Part shown: positions 38,923-49,525 of the stretch, in pieces
How the letters are laid out: every line of letters starts with the position of its first letter
How positions within the stretch are numbered: the first letter of the stretch is position 1
Assembly: GCA_965204345.1 (NCBI GenBank)
Contig: OZ241981.1
Location: 1,600,001 to 1,664,000 of the forward strand
From: Nitrosopumilus sp.
GTDB taxonomy: Archaea; Thermoproteota; Nitrososphaeria; Nitrososphaerales; Nitrosopumilaceae
Length of the DNA stretch: 64,000 nucleotides
Direction of reading: 5' to 3'
Notes under the pieces: model-generated
What the model was told of the DNA's origin: nothing
The model's database searches: none
What the model saw: only the letters and a program-made list of their open reading frames with translations
Position numbers and translations under genes: made by a program

Positions 38923-41793
38923 TTACTCGACTAAAATTGCAGGTTTGTATGGCCTTGCATGCCTCGCTTTCCCCTTTGGATCATAGATGTCGTCATCTGA
39001 TTTGGCGTATACTGCAATGTCTGCGCCAAATTCCTTGCTTCCGATACTTGATAGTTCTTTAGACAGGAATTCCTTCTCATCAAACGAGTTGGATTGAATC
39101 CTCATCTGTTTGATCTCTTCGGACTCTGAGTGCAGATCCTTGATTACCTTTTGTACATAGTCCGGCATTTTTTTAGCATCTGCTGTTTGAGGATCTGCAA
39201 TAAGCTCCCTCATTACTATACCCATGTTGTTCTGACCTGCTGCCATCATCTCTAGTACCCTGTGATATATCCTGCCTTTCACGGGATCTGAATTTACATA
39301 TATTACAATTTTTTTCGGAGTAATCTTTGTAACCCTGAGAATATTTGCAATATCGCCTATAGTTGACTTGAGTAATTCCTCGGATTGGACTGATGTGGCA
39401 TCCATCTTTTCTTTGGAGAACCTGGGCCACTCTGATCTTGACACTAATCCTGTCTGTCCAAGTTCCTCCCACATCTCCTCAGATATGTGCGGTGCAAACG
39501 GGGATAACATTGCAACCCGGATTGAGCTGATATGGTGCAATATTCCTGCTGTGTCTGCCCTTTCTTTGGCCTGTACTCTCTTGCGATACCAGCTCAGCTC
39601 AGATTCAAACGTAAACAAAATCCCATGCAGCGCCTCACGCAATCTCATTTTTTCAACGGCCTCTGTAACTTGCTTTATCATGCTTTGAGTCTTTGATAAA
39701 ATCCACCTGTCTTCGGCTTGCAGCTCCCCTGGGATGATATCCTTTTTGAGACCGGAGCACTCTTCAAGCAATGACTCTAGCTTGCCTTGAATCCCTGATA
39801 CGGATTCCATGTTAAAATCAGCGTCTTGAAGCAGTTCTGCTGATGAAATAATTGACAGCCTGATTGGATCTGCGCCGTGATCCCTTACTGCGATTCTTAA
39901 CGGTATGATGTTTCCCATGCTCTTGCTCATCTTGGCACCGTCCATCATAACGCTCCCATTGACTACAATTTCTTGCGGCCATAATTTCTCATCAAAAATT
40001 GCCACGTGATTTAAGACAAAAAATGACAGATGGTTTTGCACCAAATCTCTGCCCGAATGTCTGGAATCAACCGGATAAAAATATTCAAATTCCTTTTTCA
40101 TTGTATCTATAATATTCTCATGCAGCTTTGATGTACCGGAGGCCAGCCCCGCATCTCCCTTGCCCAGTAATACATAGTCAAAGAATTCCCGAGTCAGGTT
40201 CTCCGGCCTTACAGTTCCATCATTTACAAATCGTGAAATTGTATAGTATGCCATGTAAATTACACTGTCTGATAATGACTCTACGATCCAGTCGTTGTCC
40301 CATGGCAGCTTTGTTCCCAGTCCCTGCTGTCTTGCACAGGCCCGCTCATGCAGCCAGTCAACAACCTCGTTGAATTCTGTTTGGATGTTGCTTGGCAAAA
40401 TATTCATCTTCTCAAAACAGTTGCGAGCAAGCTCCTTCCATTTTGCGTCTCCGTAATCCAAAAACCATTGGTTGTTTAATACCTTGACAACACATTCTGC
40501 ACCGCATCTGCAGTGTACCGGGGCATTCTCAAGTACCGGAAATTTCTCTAGGTGTCTATTTTCTTGCAGCCACGCCCTAATCTTCTCTCGTCCAAACCTG
40601 ACCCTTTCATTGCTGAATTTGCCGCATTTTTCATTTAATCTTCCCTCTGCAAACTCCTTGAGATACAGTTCCTTTGTAGCCTCTTCCAGCTTGGAATCTG
40701 TTTGGTCTGAGACTCTTAATTTCTCACAAATCTGCTTTGCAGGAAACTTGCCATATTCCTCTGTAACTATGATGGGAACAGGCTCAATTTTGAGTGCCAG
40801 TTCGTTGTTTTTGGCCTTCAAGTCCATCAACGCCTGATAATCCTTGGGGGCATGGGCAGGCACTGACATTACAAGGCCCGTTCCCATTCCGGGCTCTACA
40901 AATTCGGCAGGCAAAATTGGGATTTTCTGTCCAGCGTGATCTGTCGCACTCCTTCCGGCAATCTCTGCACCTGAAATGTCTCCGATTATTTTGACCTGTT
41001 TTTCAAAGAATTTTATCTTGTGTGCGCATTCTTCTGAGACTATCCATGTCTCACTGTCAACTGATGCTTTTTTGTATGTGACATTTGGGTTGACCCACAA
41101 ATTTGTAACCCCAAATACTGTCTCAGGCCGCAGTGTTGTAACCGGGAAAATGAACTTGCCAAATGAAAACTTTACAAGAAAGTTCTTATCGTCAATCTTT
41201 GGCTCTACATCCCCCATTGTATCGTGCTGTGATACTGGGTTTTGATCAGCAGGACACCATCCTACCGGGTGACTACCTTGAATGATTCTGCCCTTCTCTT
41301 TTAGGGTGGTAATCTGCCACTCGATAAATTTCTGATAACCTGGAACTATGGTGGTAAACTCTCGCCTCCAGTCAATGGAATAGCCCATCTCTATCATTCC
41401 TGATTTTATTTCCTCATGAAAATAGTCTGCAATCTTAATTGGATCAACAAACGTCTTGATGTCCTCTTCTGGAACATGATACGTGTTTCTTAGCCCGTCA
41501 AGGATCTCCTTTTCTCCGGCCTGAATTCTTTTTGCCATCCCTAGTATCGGGGTACCAGTATAATGAAATCCCATCGGGAACAGCACGTTGTATCCCCGCA
41601 TTCGATAAAACCTTGCATGCACATCAGCTAGCGTGTATGTCCTTCCATGTCCGATATGCTGTGGAGAATTCGGATATGGGTATGCCACTGTAATGAATTT
41701 TTTTGGTTTTTCGTTTGGATTTGTCTCAAAGTCTCTTGATTCGACCCATTTTTTACGCCATTTTGCTTCTATTTCATTCCAGTTTACTGTCAT
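38923..41793 (-). CDS. leuS: Leucine--tRNA ligase
   Basis: HIGH (QHIGH) and KMSKS, GTGLVMSVPAHAPKD editing domain. Confidence 0.96.
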   Translation of the reverse strand: MTVNWNEIEAKWRKKWVESRDFETNPNEKPKKFITVAYPYPNSPQHIGHGRTYTLADVHARFYRMRGYNVLFPMGFHYTGTPILGMAKRIQAGEKEILDGLRNTYHVPEEDIKTFVDPIKIADYFHEEIKSGMIEMGYSIDWRREFTTIVPGYQKFIEWQITTLKEKGRIIQGSHPVGWCPADQNPVSQHDTMGDVEPKIDDKNFLVKFSFGKFIFPVTTLRPETVFGVTNLWVNPNVTYKKASVDSETWIVSEECAHKIKFFEKQVKIIGDISGAEIAGRSATDHAGQKIPILPAEFVEPGMGTGLVMSVPAHAPKDYQALMDLKAKNNELALKIEPVPIIVTEEYGKFPAKQICEKLRVSDQTDSKLEEATKELYLKEFAEGRLNEKCGKFSNERVRFGREKIRAWLQENRHLEKFPVLENAPVHCRCGAECVVKVLNNQWFLDYGDAKWKELARNCFEKMNILPSNIQTEFNEVVDWLHERACARQQGLGTKLPWDNDWIVESLSDSVIYMAYYTISRFVNDGTVRPENLTREFFDYVLLGKGDAGLASGTSKLHENIIDTMKKEFEYFYPVDSRHSGRDLVQNHLSFFVLNHVAIFDEKLWPQEIVVNGSVMMDGAKMSKSMGNIIPLRIAVRDHGADPIRLSIISSAELLQDADFNMESVSGIQGKLESLLEECSGLKKDIIPGELQAEDRWILSKTQSMIKQVTEAVEKMRLREALHGILFTFESELSWYRKRVQAKERADTAGILHHISSIRVAMLSPFAPHISEEMWEELGQTGLVSRSEWPRFSKEKMDATSVQSEELLKSTIGDIANILRVTKITPKKIVIYVNSDPVKGRIYHRVLEMMAAGQNNMGIVMRELIADPQTADAKKMPDYVQKVIKDLHSESEEIKQMRIQSNSFDEKEFLSKELSSIGSKEFGADIAVYAKSDDDIYDPKGKARHARPYKPAILVE

Positions 41794-41796
41794 GTA

Positions 41797-44475
41797 TCAT
41801 TCATTCCCAAAAATCATTGATTTTGCCCTGGCTATTACCTCGTCTTTTTTAGATGTGTCTTTTCCCCCGCCTTGGGCAAGTTTTGCATCGCCACCGCCAA
41901 AGCCGCCAAGGATTGCAGCAATCTCCCTGGCTATCTCCCCTGCATTGACGCCTGACTCCTCACCTGCAAATATCACTACACGTATTGTGGGACCGGATTC
42001 ATAGATTCCGCAAAATGCGGCTTTGCTGTCTTTGGCAACTAGCTTCTTGCCAAAGTTTTGAATAAAACGCTCATCATAATTCTCACTTGACGTAAAACAA
42101 ATCCTGTTATTTACTGTCATTCCCTCCAACTCCCCTGATTCCCCCGCCAGGATCTTTTCTAACAAAATTGGAATTTGCTCTCTTGCCCTTTGCTTGCTTT
42201 CATTGCGTTCTCTTACCACGGCTTCCCTTGCAACATTCTCAGCAGACTGCTTCTTTGACTCTTCTTCTTGGTCCCTAACATACTGGAATGCAGTCGGACC
42301 TGACACAAACTCTATGCGAACCACTCCGTCTTGAATTCTTTTTGTCTTTGTAATTTTGATCAGCTCTATCTCCCCTGTCTTCTTTACATGCGTTCCGCCA
42401 CAAGCCTCAATGTCCTTATCCTCAATTGACACAATGCGTACTGACTTTACCGGAACGACACCCCCCTGATAGATTCTAAACCCGTATTTCTGTTCTGCTG
42501 TCCCCCTGTCATAGTAGTCAATGCTTACTTGGTGATCCTCTTTTATCATCTGATTGGCAGCATCCTCAATCTGTTTTACTTGCTCCTCAGTCAGTGAGGA
42601 GTGATGTGTGATGTCCAGTCTGGCATGGTCATCGTCTTTGAACGCAGAGTGCTGCCAAACCCATGAACCTAGTACTGCCCTTGATGATGCATTGATTATG
42701 TGGGTGCTGGTATGATTTTTTGTAATGTTTGCACGCCTTGTCTCATCGACTTTGCAAAGTACCGTTTCCCCTTTTTTTGGAACTCCGCCTTTTAGCTGAT
42801 GAACAATAATGTCTGCGTGCTTGTCCACATTAACCACACTATACCCTGCAATGCTTCCATGGTCCGGCTCTTGTCCTCCCCCTCTTGCATAAAACGAGGT
42901 CCTATCTAGTACCACCTGATCATCGAAGACCTTGATTACCTTGGCCTCAAACTCCATTGGGTCATCCCTGTAAAACAATGTCTCAGTCTCAGGCAATTCC
43001 TCAAGTGAAAGATTGGCTGTTGCCTCTTTCTTTTCAGACTGGTGCAAGTCTGAGAGCTTTGAGTAAAATTGTGAGGGAATCTCACTAATTGCATCCACCT
43101 CCTTGAGGTATTCAGGAGTAATTCCGTCTGACTCGTACAGCGTGATAAGCTGCTCCACTGAGGGTGCTCCTCCTCCCTGACGGATTTTCTCAGCCTTTTT
43201 CTTCATGTGAACTCTGGATTCCTCGTATCTTGCTGATTCTATCTTGAGTATTGTCTTGACATCCCCTCGTTTCTCATCTAGCTCAGGATAGACGTCTCTG
43301 AGATAATCAATGTGGGAATCAACTAGCTCATCCATGTCCAGCTTTAGATTCAGCCGGTTAACTGTTCCATTAATTCTTCGCAGCATCATTCTAAGATTGT
43401 ATCCCCCGCCAACATTGCTTGGCAGTGCACCATCCGTAATTGCAAAGATTAGGGTTCTCAAATGGTCTGCAATAAGGTACACCCCCTCAAGCGGCGTGAT
43501 CATTTTGTCTAGCTGGGAATCCGTAATCCCCGCCTTTCTTATTGCAAGGCGTCTTACCTCGTTGAGGTCATCTGAATCATTGATCCCTTTTGCAATCTCT
43601 GTAAAGTATCTCTTTAAAATTTCCGAATCCGAATCAATTCCGATAATGCCAAATAGTTTTTGATTGATTGGGCCAAAGCAGCAGTCATATGCAGTGGGCG
43701 TCCCCATGGTAATCCACGCAAATCTCTCAAGGCCTGCACCCATGTCAATGACTCGCTGGTCCAAAGTCGTGTGTTGCCCTAGTTCTCCCTGAAACTCTGT
43801 AAACACTGCATTTCCTAATTCCAGTCCCCTGACAAAATATTCCAATGACGGGCCAAAAGAACCGCCGCCTGCCCAGACGTCTTCCACAAAGACAACTTCC
43901 TCTTCTTTAATTCCAAACTGGTCTGTTAGTAACTTATAGTCCAAGTCAACACATTCATCCTTCCAGTATCCTCCCAGGTCCGGAACACTGTGCTGTCCTA
44001 TCATGCAAAAACTTGAAAAATGCCGACCTGTGACTCCGACATTCTCCAAGTCCTTAAAGCGCAGGCAGGTTTGCGGAACTACCAATGGGTTTGCGGGAAA
44101 CTCAAAGACTACCTTGCTTCCCATCACCCTTTGAAAGTCAACAACTGATGCAATTGTAAAAAACAAATCATCCCGCCACCTGCACACAACCGGATATCTG
44201 CTTACGGAGGTGTGGTTGTTTTTTACAAAAAATTCCTCTACCTGCTTCCATGACTGAGTATAGTCAAATCTTTTATCCGTAGGCGGCTCGCCGATGAATG
44301 AATAGGTGTCGGTCCCATCCTCGGGACACAGGACTCTGTCTGCATTTAGGGTCCAAAAGAACCTGCCACACTTGGCACATGATCTTCTGACAAATCCCTG
44401 CTCTTGGAACAGCTTGACATTATAGTACTTGTCAGGATCTGCTGAAAATTCTTTTAGAATCTCTCTTTTATCCAA
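41797..44475 (-). CDS. alaS: Alanine--tRNA ligase
   Basis: RYPVVCRWRDD, TGRH, GLELGNAVF, HTSTH, EACGGTH, GGG C-terminal domain. Confidence 0.96.
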   Translation of the reverse strand: MDKREILKEFSADPDKYYNVKLFQEQGFVRRSCAKCGRFFWTLNADRVLCPEDGTDTYSFIGEPPTDKRFDYTQSWKQVEEFFVKNNHTSVSRYPVVCRWRDDLFFTIASVVDFQRVMGSKVVFEFPANPLVVPQTCLRFKDLENVGVTGRHFSSFCMIGQHSVPDLGGYWKDECVDLDYKLLTDQFGIKEEEVVFVEDVWAGGGSFGPSLEYFVRGLELGNAVFTEFQGELGQHTTLDQRVIDMGAGLERFAWITMGTPTAYDCCFGPINQKLFGIIGIDSDSEILKRYFTEIAKGINDSDDLNEVRRLAIRKAGITDSQLDKMITPLEGVYLIADHLRTLIFAITDGALPSNVGGGYNLRMMLRRINGTVNRLNLKLDMDELVDSHIDYLRDVYPELDEKRGDVKTILKIESARYEESRVHMKKKAEKIRQGGGAPSVEQLITLYESDGITPEYLKEVDAISEIPSQFYSKLSDLHQSEKKEATANLSLEELPETETLFYRDDPMEFEAKVIKVFDDQVVLDRTSFYARGGGQEPDHGSIAGYSVVNVDKHADIIVHQLKGGVPKKGETVLCKVDETRRANITKNHTSTHIINASSRAVLGSWVWQHSAFKDDDHARLDITHHSSLTEEQVKQIEDAANQMIKEDHQVSIDYYDRGTAEQKYGFRIYQGGVVPVKSVRIVSIEDKDIEACGGTHVKKTGEIELIKITKTKRIQDGVVRIEFVSGPTAFQYVRDQEEESKKQSAENVAREAVVRERNESKQRAREQIPILLEKILAGESGELEGMTVNNRICFTSSENYDERFIQNFGKKLVAKDSKAAFCGIYESGPTIRVVIFAGEESGVNAGEIAREIAAILGGFGGGDAKLAQGGGKDTSKKDEVIARAKSMIFGNE

Positions 44476-44783
44476 CGATCAGGCTGCTCTAATCCGATAT
44501 TAAGAATTACCGCTAACAGGCAGTCAAGCAGGTGTTCCTTTTTTTGCGTTGATTTTGTACTTGTCCTATCAAGTGAAATATTTGGAGAAAGAAAAATGGT
44601 TCTTTTGTATAGTCTAAAATCATTCTGTACTCAAGAATGATCCGGCTTTTTTCCTTGGGTGCTAAAATTTGAAAACACTTGTTTTTCTTTAACAGTCTAA
44701 TGCATTGTATAGTCTGGCCTTCACTTGCAAATAATTTTTTTTAAAAGGATCTGTTTTAGTATGTGAAAATATAACGAACTGAT

Positions 44784-47700
44784 GTGACTTTTACTCTGAA
44801 TCCTCAGCAAGACGAGGCGATACATCACGCTGATGGACCATTACAGCTAGTTGCAGGACCAGGCAGTGGAAAGACCTTTGTTCTAGTTGAAAAGGTAAAA
44901 AATCTTGTAGCCTCGGGCGTTCCGCAATCCTCTATTCTTTGTATGACTTTTACTGAAAAGGCAGCAGGAGAAATGAAACAGAGATTGGAAAAGTTTGGCA
45001 TCCTGGATTCTACGATCGCCACTTTTCATTCTTTTGCCAAGGAAGTTCTTGAAGATAATTTTGTAGAGTCCGGATTGGGGAAATTCACTAAAATCTTTAA
45101 AAAAACATCACAGCTTGTTTGGTGCATAAGAAATACCGACAGGTTTAATTTTAATTCAGACTATCTGGATGTTGGAAACAATCAAGTTAGAATCTATGCT
45201 GCAATCCTTGAGGCAATAAGCTCATACAAAGAAAAGATGATCTCACATGAAAAGCTTGCAAAATGCATTAAAGATAACCTGGAAAAATTAGAACAGTCTG
45301 ATCAGGCTGACCTGGAAGTAAAAAAACAGCTAAAGTCTTTTCATATGCTAAGCGAATTCAACAAAGTCTATACCGAGTATGAAAAATACAGGGAAGAGAA
45401 AAACCTGATTGATTTTGATGACATGGTGATCAAAGCTATTGCCCTGCTGCAAAGAGATCCCGTAGTTTTACAGCACTATCTTGACAAATTCAAGTATGTC
45501 CTAGTTGATGAATTTCAGGATAATAATTTCTCTCAACTAAAACTGGTAAAAATTTTGGGTTCTGGAAAAAATGTTACAGTTGTTGGCGATGATGATCAAT
45601 GCATAATGAGATTCCAAGGTGCATTCTTTGGAATCTTCAAGGATTTTCAAACTAGTTTTTCTGACTTTAAACGAATCGAATTAAGTAGAAACTATCGCAG
45701 TACTAAAAATATTGTTAATCTTGCAAGCCAGCTCTTGGAGCCAATTACCGCAAGAGAATCAAAGTCCCTCTTTTCTAAAGAGGAAGACGGCGAGCTTGTG
45801 CGCGTGATCACCACTCCTACTGACAGAGGCGAGGTTGAATTTGTTGCAAAGAGGGTACGAGAGCTGCTTGGCAAACCCCTAAGGAGACGGGATGGAAGCA
45901 CATCTCCAATAACTTACAGGGATATTGCAATTTTATCTAGAAGAAAAATAGAAGGCCAGCAGTTTACAAAGATACTGCGCTCATTTGGAATTCCGGCCAC
46001 GTTTGTTGGCGGGATTAACATCTTTACTAGTCCAATAATCTTAGATCTTGTTTCATATTTGAAAATTGCAAATTCTCCTACCACCTCCGGTGCGGAAATT
46101 TACCGATTGCTGAAAAATCATGGAATATCTGAGCAAAACATTGCCGTGCTGACAAATGCTGCCCATAAGAGAGCAAGATATGTCTATGAAGGCAGTCAGG
46201 ATTTTGTTTTAGATACGATTAGAAATTTTAATCGCTTTGATATAACGCAAAAATCTGAGATCTCTGAGTTACTTGAACAAATCGACAAAGTAATTGATAT
46301 AACAAGTCATGCGACAACAAGCGAACTAGTCTACAGAATAATGTTTAACATTTCTGATCTGTATAAAAAATCCATAAATTCAGAAAAGTCATTTGATAAA
46401 AAAAATATCTTATTGCTAAACAAGTTTTATGAAATTGCACAAGAATTCCAAGATCTTTACCCTACAAATCCCCTGTCTGACTTTTTAGAACACCTGTCTA
46501 TCATTGGAAATTTTGAGATTGAAATTGAAGATATTGTCATAGAAAATACTGTCAATGTCCTCACCATGCACAAAAGCAAGGGAAAGGAATTCCCAATTGT
46601 ATTTGTAACTGATTTGGCCGATGACAGGTTCCCTAGTAAATGGAAGGAACCTCTGTTTCCCATACCTGCCGAGTTGATGAAGGATACCAGCAGTACAGCT
46701 GACTCTGAACCCCTTCACATTGACGAGGAAAGACGCCTGTTTTATGTGGCCATGACTAGGGCAATGAACATGCTGTTTTTGCTATATCCTAAAAAATATG
46801 CAGGAAATGTCAATGAAAAACATCCCTCTCAGTTTCTTCGTGAATTGGATTATGAAAGCAATCCCCTAATTGAGAACATAAAGTTTGATGAATCTGAGAA
46901 TTTCAATATTGAATCCGAAGAACTAATTGAAAGAGAAAAATCCAGTTTACAGAGACAGGCAACTAGTGCAATTAACCAACAGCACCTGAGAACTGCAATA
47001 CATAGAATCATAGAATTATCCAGAATCAAACACTATGAAAAGTTTGGAAGCTTTGATGACTTTGATCCTACATCCATTCTAAAAGTTGATGTGTCTGATT
47101 TGGACTTAACATCAGATATTGTTGGCCAAAAAATGCCTCTAATCAACAAAGAGGAATTTACGCTATCCCCAAGCAGTATAAAGGCATACGATGACTGCCC
47201 GCTAAAATTTAAATTTCAAAAAATTCTCCGTGTTCCTCAACCCGCCAGTGTTGCCCTAGACCTTGGTACCGTAATTCATGCAGTAACTGAAGAGATGGCA
47301 AATGAAAAAGCTAAGGGAGAAAGCCTGTCCCGGGAGAAAGGTATCAAGAAACTAAAAGAAAAGTGGATTTTTCGTTCATATCAAAATCATACGGATGAAA
47401 ACAAGGCAATGGATAGGGCAGTTCAAATGATTGATGCATATCTAAGATGGGAGGACTCTACAAAAAACACCCTGGTTGAAACTGAGCTGTCATTTGAAGT
47501 AAAGATAGGTGAGATTACCTTTACTGGAAGAATAGACAGGCTAGAAAAAAATCCTGATGGCAAGTTTGAGATTGTTGATTTTAAATCCGGCTCTACTGTC
47601 AAATCAAAGAACAAGGCAAAAACTGATCCACAGCTAAACATTTACGCAAAAGCAATTGAGAAAATAAAGGGAGAGCTGCCAGTCAAGGCATCACTGTTTT

Positions 47701-47891
47701 ATGTTGAAAAAGACAAGATGGTGGAATATCCTGTAACTCCAGACTCTTTAAAAGATGCATTAGAGCCAATTGAGGAAATGACAAAAGAGATTCTAAAGGA
47801 GAACTTTATGCCTACGCCAAGTATGAAGGCATGCATGTATTGCCCGTATCAGAGTATCTGTGATGCTAAAATTCTTAATGAATCCATCTAG
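44784..47891 (+). CDS. UvrD/Rep helicase fused to a C-terminal PD-(D/E)XK nuclease with 4-Cys staple (AdnB/AddA-like)
   Basis: AGPGSGKT, VDEFQD, VGDDDQ, NYRS, HKSKGKEF, EERRLFYVAMTRA; GRIDR, IVDFKSG, QLNIY; DDCP...CMYCPYQSIC. Confidence 0.92.
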   Translation: MTFTLNPQQDEAIHHADGPLQLVAGPGSGKTFVLVEKVKNLVASGVPQSSILCMTFTEKAAGEMKQRLEKFGILDSTIATFHSFAKEVLEDNFVESGLGKFTKIFKKTSQLVWCIRNTDRFNFNSDYLDVGNNQVRIYAAILEAISSYKEKMISHEKLAKCIKDNLEKLEQSDQADLEVKKQLKSFHMLSEFNKVYTEYEKYREEKNLIDFDDMVIKAIALLQRDPVVLQHYLDKFKYVLVDEFQDNNFSQLKLVKILGSGKNVTVVGDDDQCIMRFQGAFFGIFKDFQTSFSDFKRIELSRNYRSTKNIVNLASQLLEPITARESKSLFSKEEDGELVRVITTPTDRGEVEFVAKRVRELLGKPLRRRDGSTSPITYRDIAILSRRKIEGQQFTKILRSFGIPATFVGGINIFTSPIILDLVSYLKIANSPTTSGAEIYRLLKNHGISEQNIAVLTNAAHKRARYVYEGSQDFVLDTIRNFNRFDITQKSEISELLEQIDKVIDITSHATTSELVYRIMFNISDLYKKSINSEKSFDKKNILLLNKFYEIAQEFQDLYPTNPLSDFLEHLSIIGNFEIEIEDIVIENTVNVLTMHKSKGKEFPIVFVTDLADDRFPSKWKEPLFPIPAELMKDTSSTADSEPLHIDEERRLFYVAMTRAMNMLFLLYPKKYAGNVNEKHPSQFLRELDYESNPLIENIKFDESENFNIESEELIEREKSSLQRQATSAINQQHLRTAIHRIIELSRIKHYEKFGSFDDFDPTSILKVDVSDLDLTSDIVGQKMPLINKEEFTLSPSSIKAYDDCPLKFKFQKILRVPQPASVALDLGTVIHAVTEEMANEKAKGESLSREKGIKKLKEKWIFRSYQNHTDENKAMDRAVQMIDAYLRWEDSTKNTLVETELSFEVKIGEITFTGRIDRLEKNPDGKFEIVDFKSGSTVKSKNKAKTDPQLNIYAKAIEKIKGELPVKASLFYVEKDKMVEYPVTPDSLKDALEPIEEMTKEILKENFMPTPSMKACMYCPYQSICDAKILNESI

Positions 47892-47899
47892 TCCTGCTA

Positions 47900-48600
47900 T
47901 CAGTTTCACTCACAGGCTCTGTGTCCATTGTTGCTATCTGTCTGTCCATTTTCATGAGAAAAGTCTTTTGCAAATCTATTGTAGATAGGCTAATTATTAC
48001 ATCTAATGAGGCTTGTATTTTTCTGTGTGTTTTATTGGAATGTTTACTATGTGTAGTTAATTTTAAATAAAATTTGGAATCTGGTTACTCTTTCCAAAAT
48101 GCTCGCTTTAGAATTTCTTGATTAATCTTATTTTTTCTTGGTGATTTTATCGTTATATTATAGGAATATGCTAAAACTGACTCAGGTTCTTTTCTAATTT
48201 TTTAATAATCTACTTTGTCATATGCAAGCTTATCACTTTGTGTCTCTTCTTTGCAGGGAAATTAAATGAATTTTGTCCTGATTTCACAGCGTATGCCGAA
48301 TTTTATCACCAGTTTCTACTGCAACATCAGTTCCTTACTTGGAGACACTGAAGACCTCCGGAAATCCGTTTTGCAATAAGTTACAGAATCGGTCTCCAAA
48401 AATGGTTTCAACTGATGATCAAATATGTGTAAAAAGAATTTGTTCTATAATTTCTGATGCTTTTTCTGTATCAGACACTCTAAACAAATATGTAGATTTT
48501 TTCTCCTAAGAAGTGTTTTTAGTTCTAATTTGTCTAGTCTTTGTAATCTGTTTTGATAAAAATTATTTGAACAGTTTGAAATTAGTTTTTCTAGATTATA
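47900..48600 (-). pseudogene. Decayed type II restriction endonuclease (PmeII-like); ends approximate
   Basis: Minus-strand fragments in different frames: FYQNRLQRLDKLELKTLLRRK / YLFRVSDTEKASEIIEQILFTHI*SSVETIFGD / YNRFAKDF; directly downstream of the methyltransferase; family match from recall. Confidence 0.7.
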
Positions 48601-48620
48601 CTATCTGGATTTGATATTTT

Positions 48621-49475
48621 TTATTTTCTTTTTTTGTTTACTTTGTTTTTTATTTGATTGGATTTTTTCCTAACTTCTTTAATTCTATTTAGCGCTGTTT
48701 TGTAATATTCTTCATGTACTTCTGTTCCTATAAAGTGTCGATTTAGATTAATTGCTGCCAATGCTGTACTACCACTTCCCATGAATGGATCTAATACCAA
48801 ATCTTTCTCTTTGGTAAATAATTTGATAAACCATGTAGGTAATGCTACTGGAAATGCTGCACTATGATTAACATTTCCGCATTCTGTAGGCATGTGGATG
48901 ACGTTTGTAGGATAAACAGTATCTTTTCCTACCCAATTTGATATATTTTTACCAAAACCACTTTGAACTTTTGATTCGTCTCTAACTTTGTCTGTTTTTG
49001 ATAGTTTTTTGAGACGTTTTTCAGCCCAATCCATCATTGGAACTTTAACTGCATCCTGATTCATGTAGAATTTTTTCTGTTTAGTAAAATGAAGACATCT
49101 CTCCCATGCATCTCTGAATCTATTTGGCCATTTGCCTGGAAACGAATTTTTTTTATGCCAAATGTATTCTTCTGTCCATAGCCATCTTTGCTTTCTCATC
49201 TCTAAAATCAGTTCTAAAACATAGGTTCCTCTTTCACCGTCTATTGTTCTTTCTTTAATGTTTAAAACAAAAGATCCATCTGGCTTTAAAACTCTCCTCA
49301 ATTCTGCTGAAATTGGAAGAAACCAGTCAACATATTTTTTTGTTGGAACTCCCACATAGGTCTTCTTTCTGTTATCTGCATAAGGTGGCGAAGTAACAAT
49401 AAAGTCTACAGAATTCTTTTCTAGTTTCTTTAACATAGAAAGACAGTCTTTATGATAAATTTTATTTAGATTCAC
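48621..49475 (-). CDS. Site-specific DNA methyltransferase, beta class (m4C/m6A)
   Basis: Catalytic TSPPY precedes HSAAFP and the SAM-binding LDPFMGSGST. Confidence 0.93.
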   Translation of the reverse strand: MNLNKIYHKDCLSMLKKLEKNSVDFIVTSPPYADNRKKTYVGVPTKKYVDWFLPISAELRRVLKPDGSFVLNIKERTIDGERGTYVLELILEMRKQRWLWTEEYIWHKKNSFPGKWPNRFRDAWERCLHFTKQKKFYMNQDAVKVPMMDWAEKRLKKLSKTDKVRDESKVQSGFGKNISNWVGKDTVYPTNVIHMPTECGNVNHSAAFPVALPTWFIKLFTKEKDLVLDPFMGSGSTALAAINLNRHFIGTEVHEEYYKTALNRIKEVRKKSNQIKNKVNKKRK

Positions 49476-49525
49476 AGATTTTTTTTTATTTTACCTCTTT
49501 TATGTGTGGGTAATAGTATCATATG

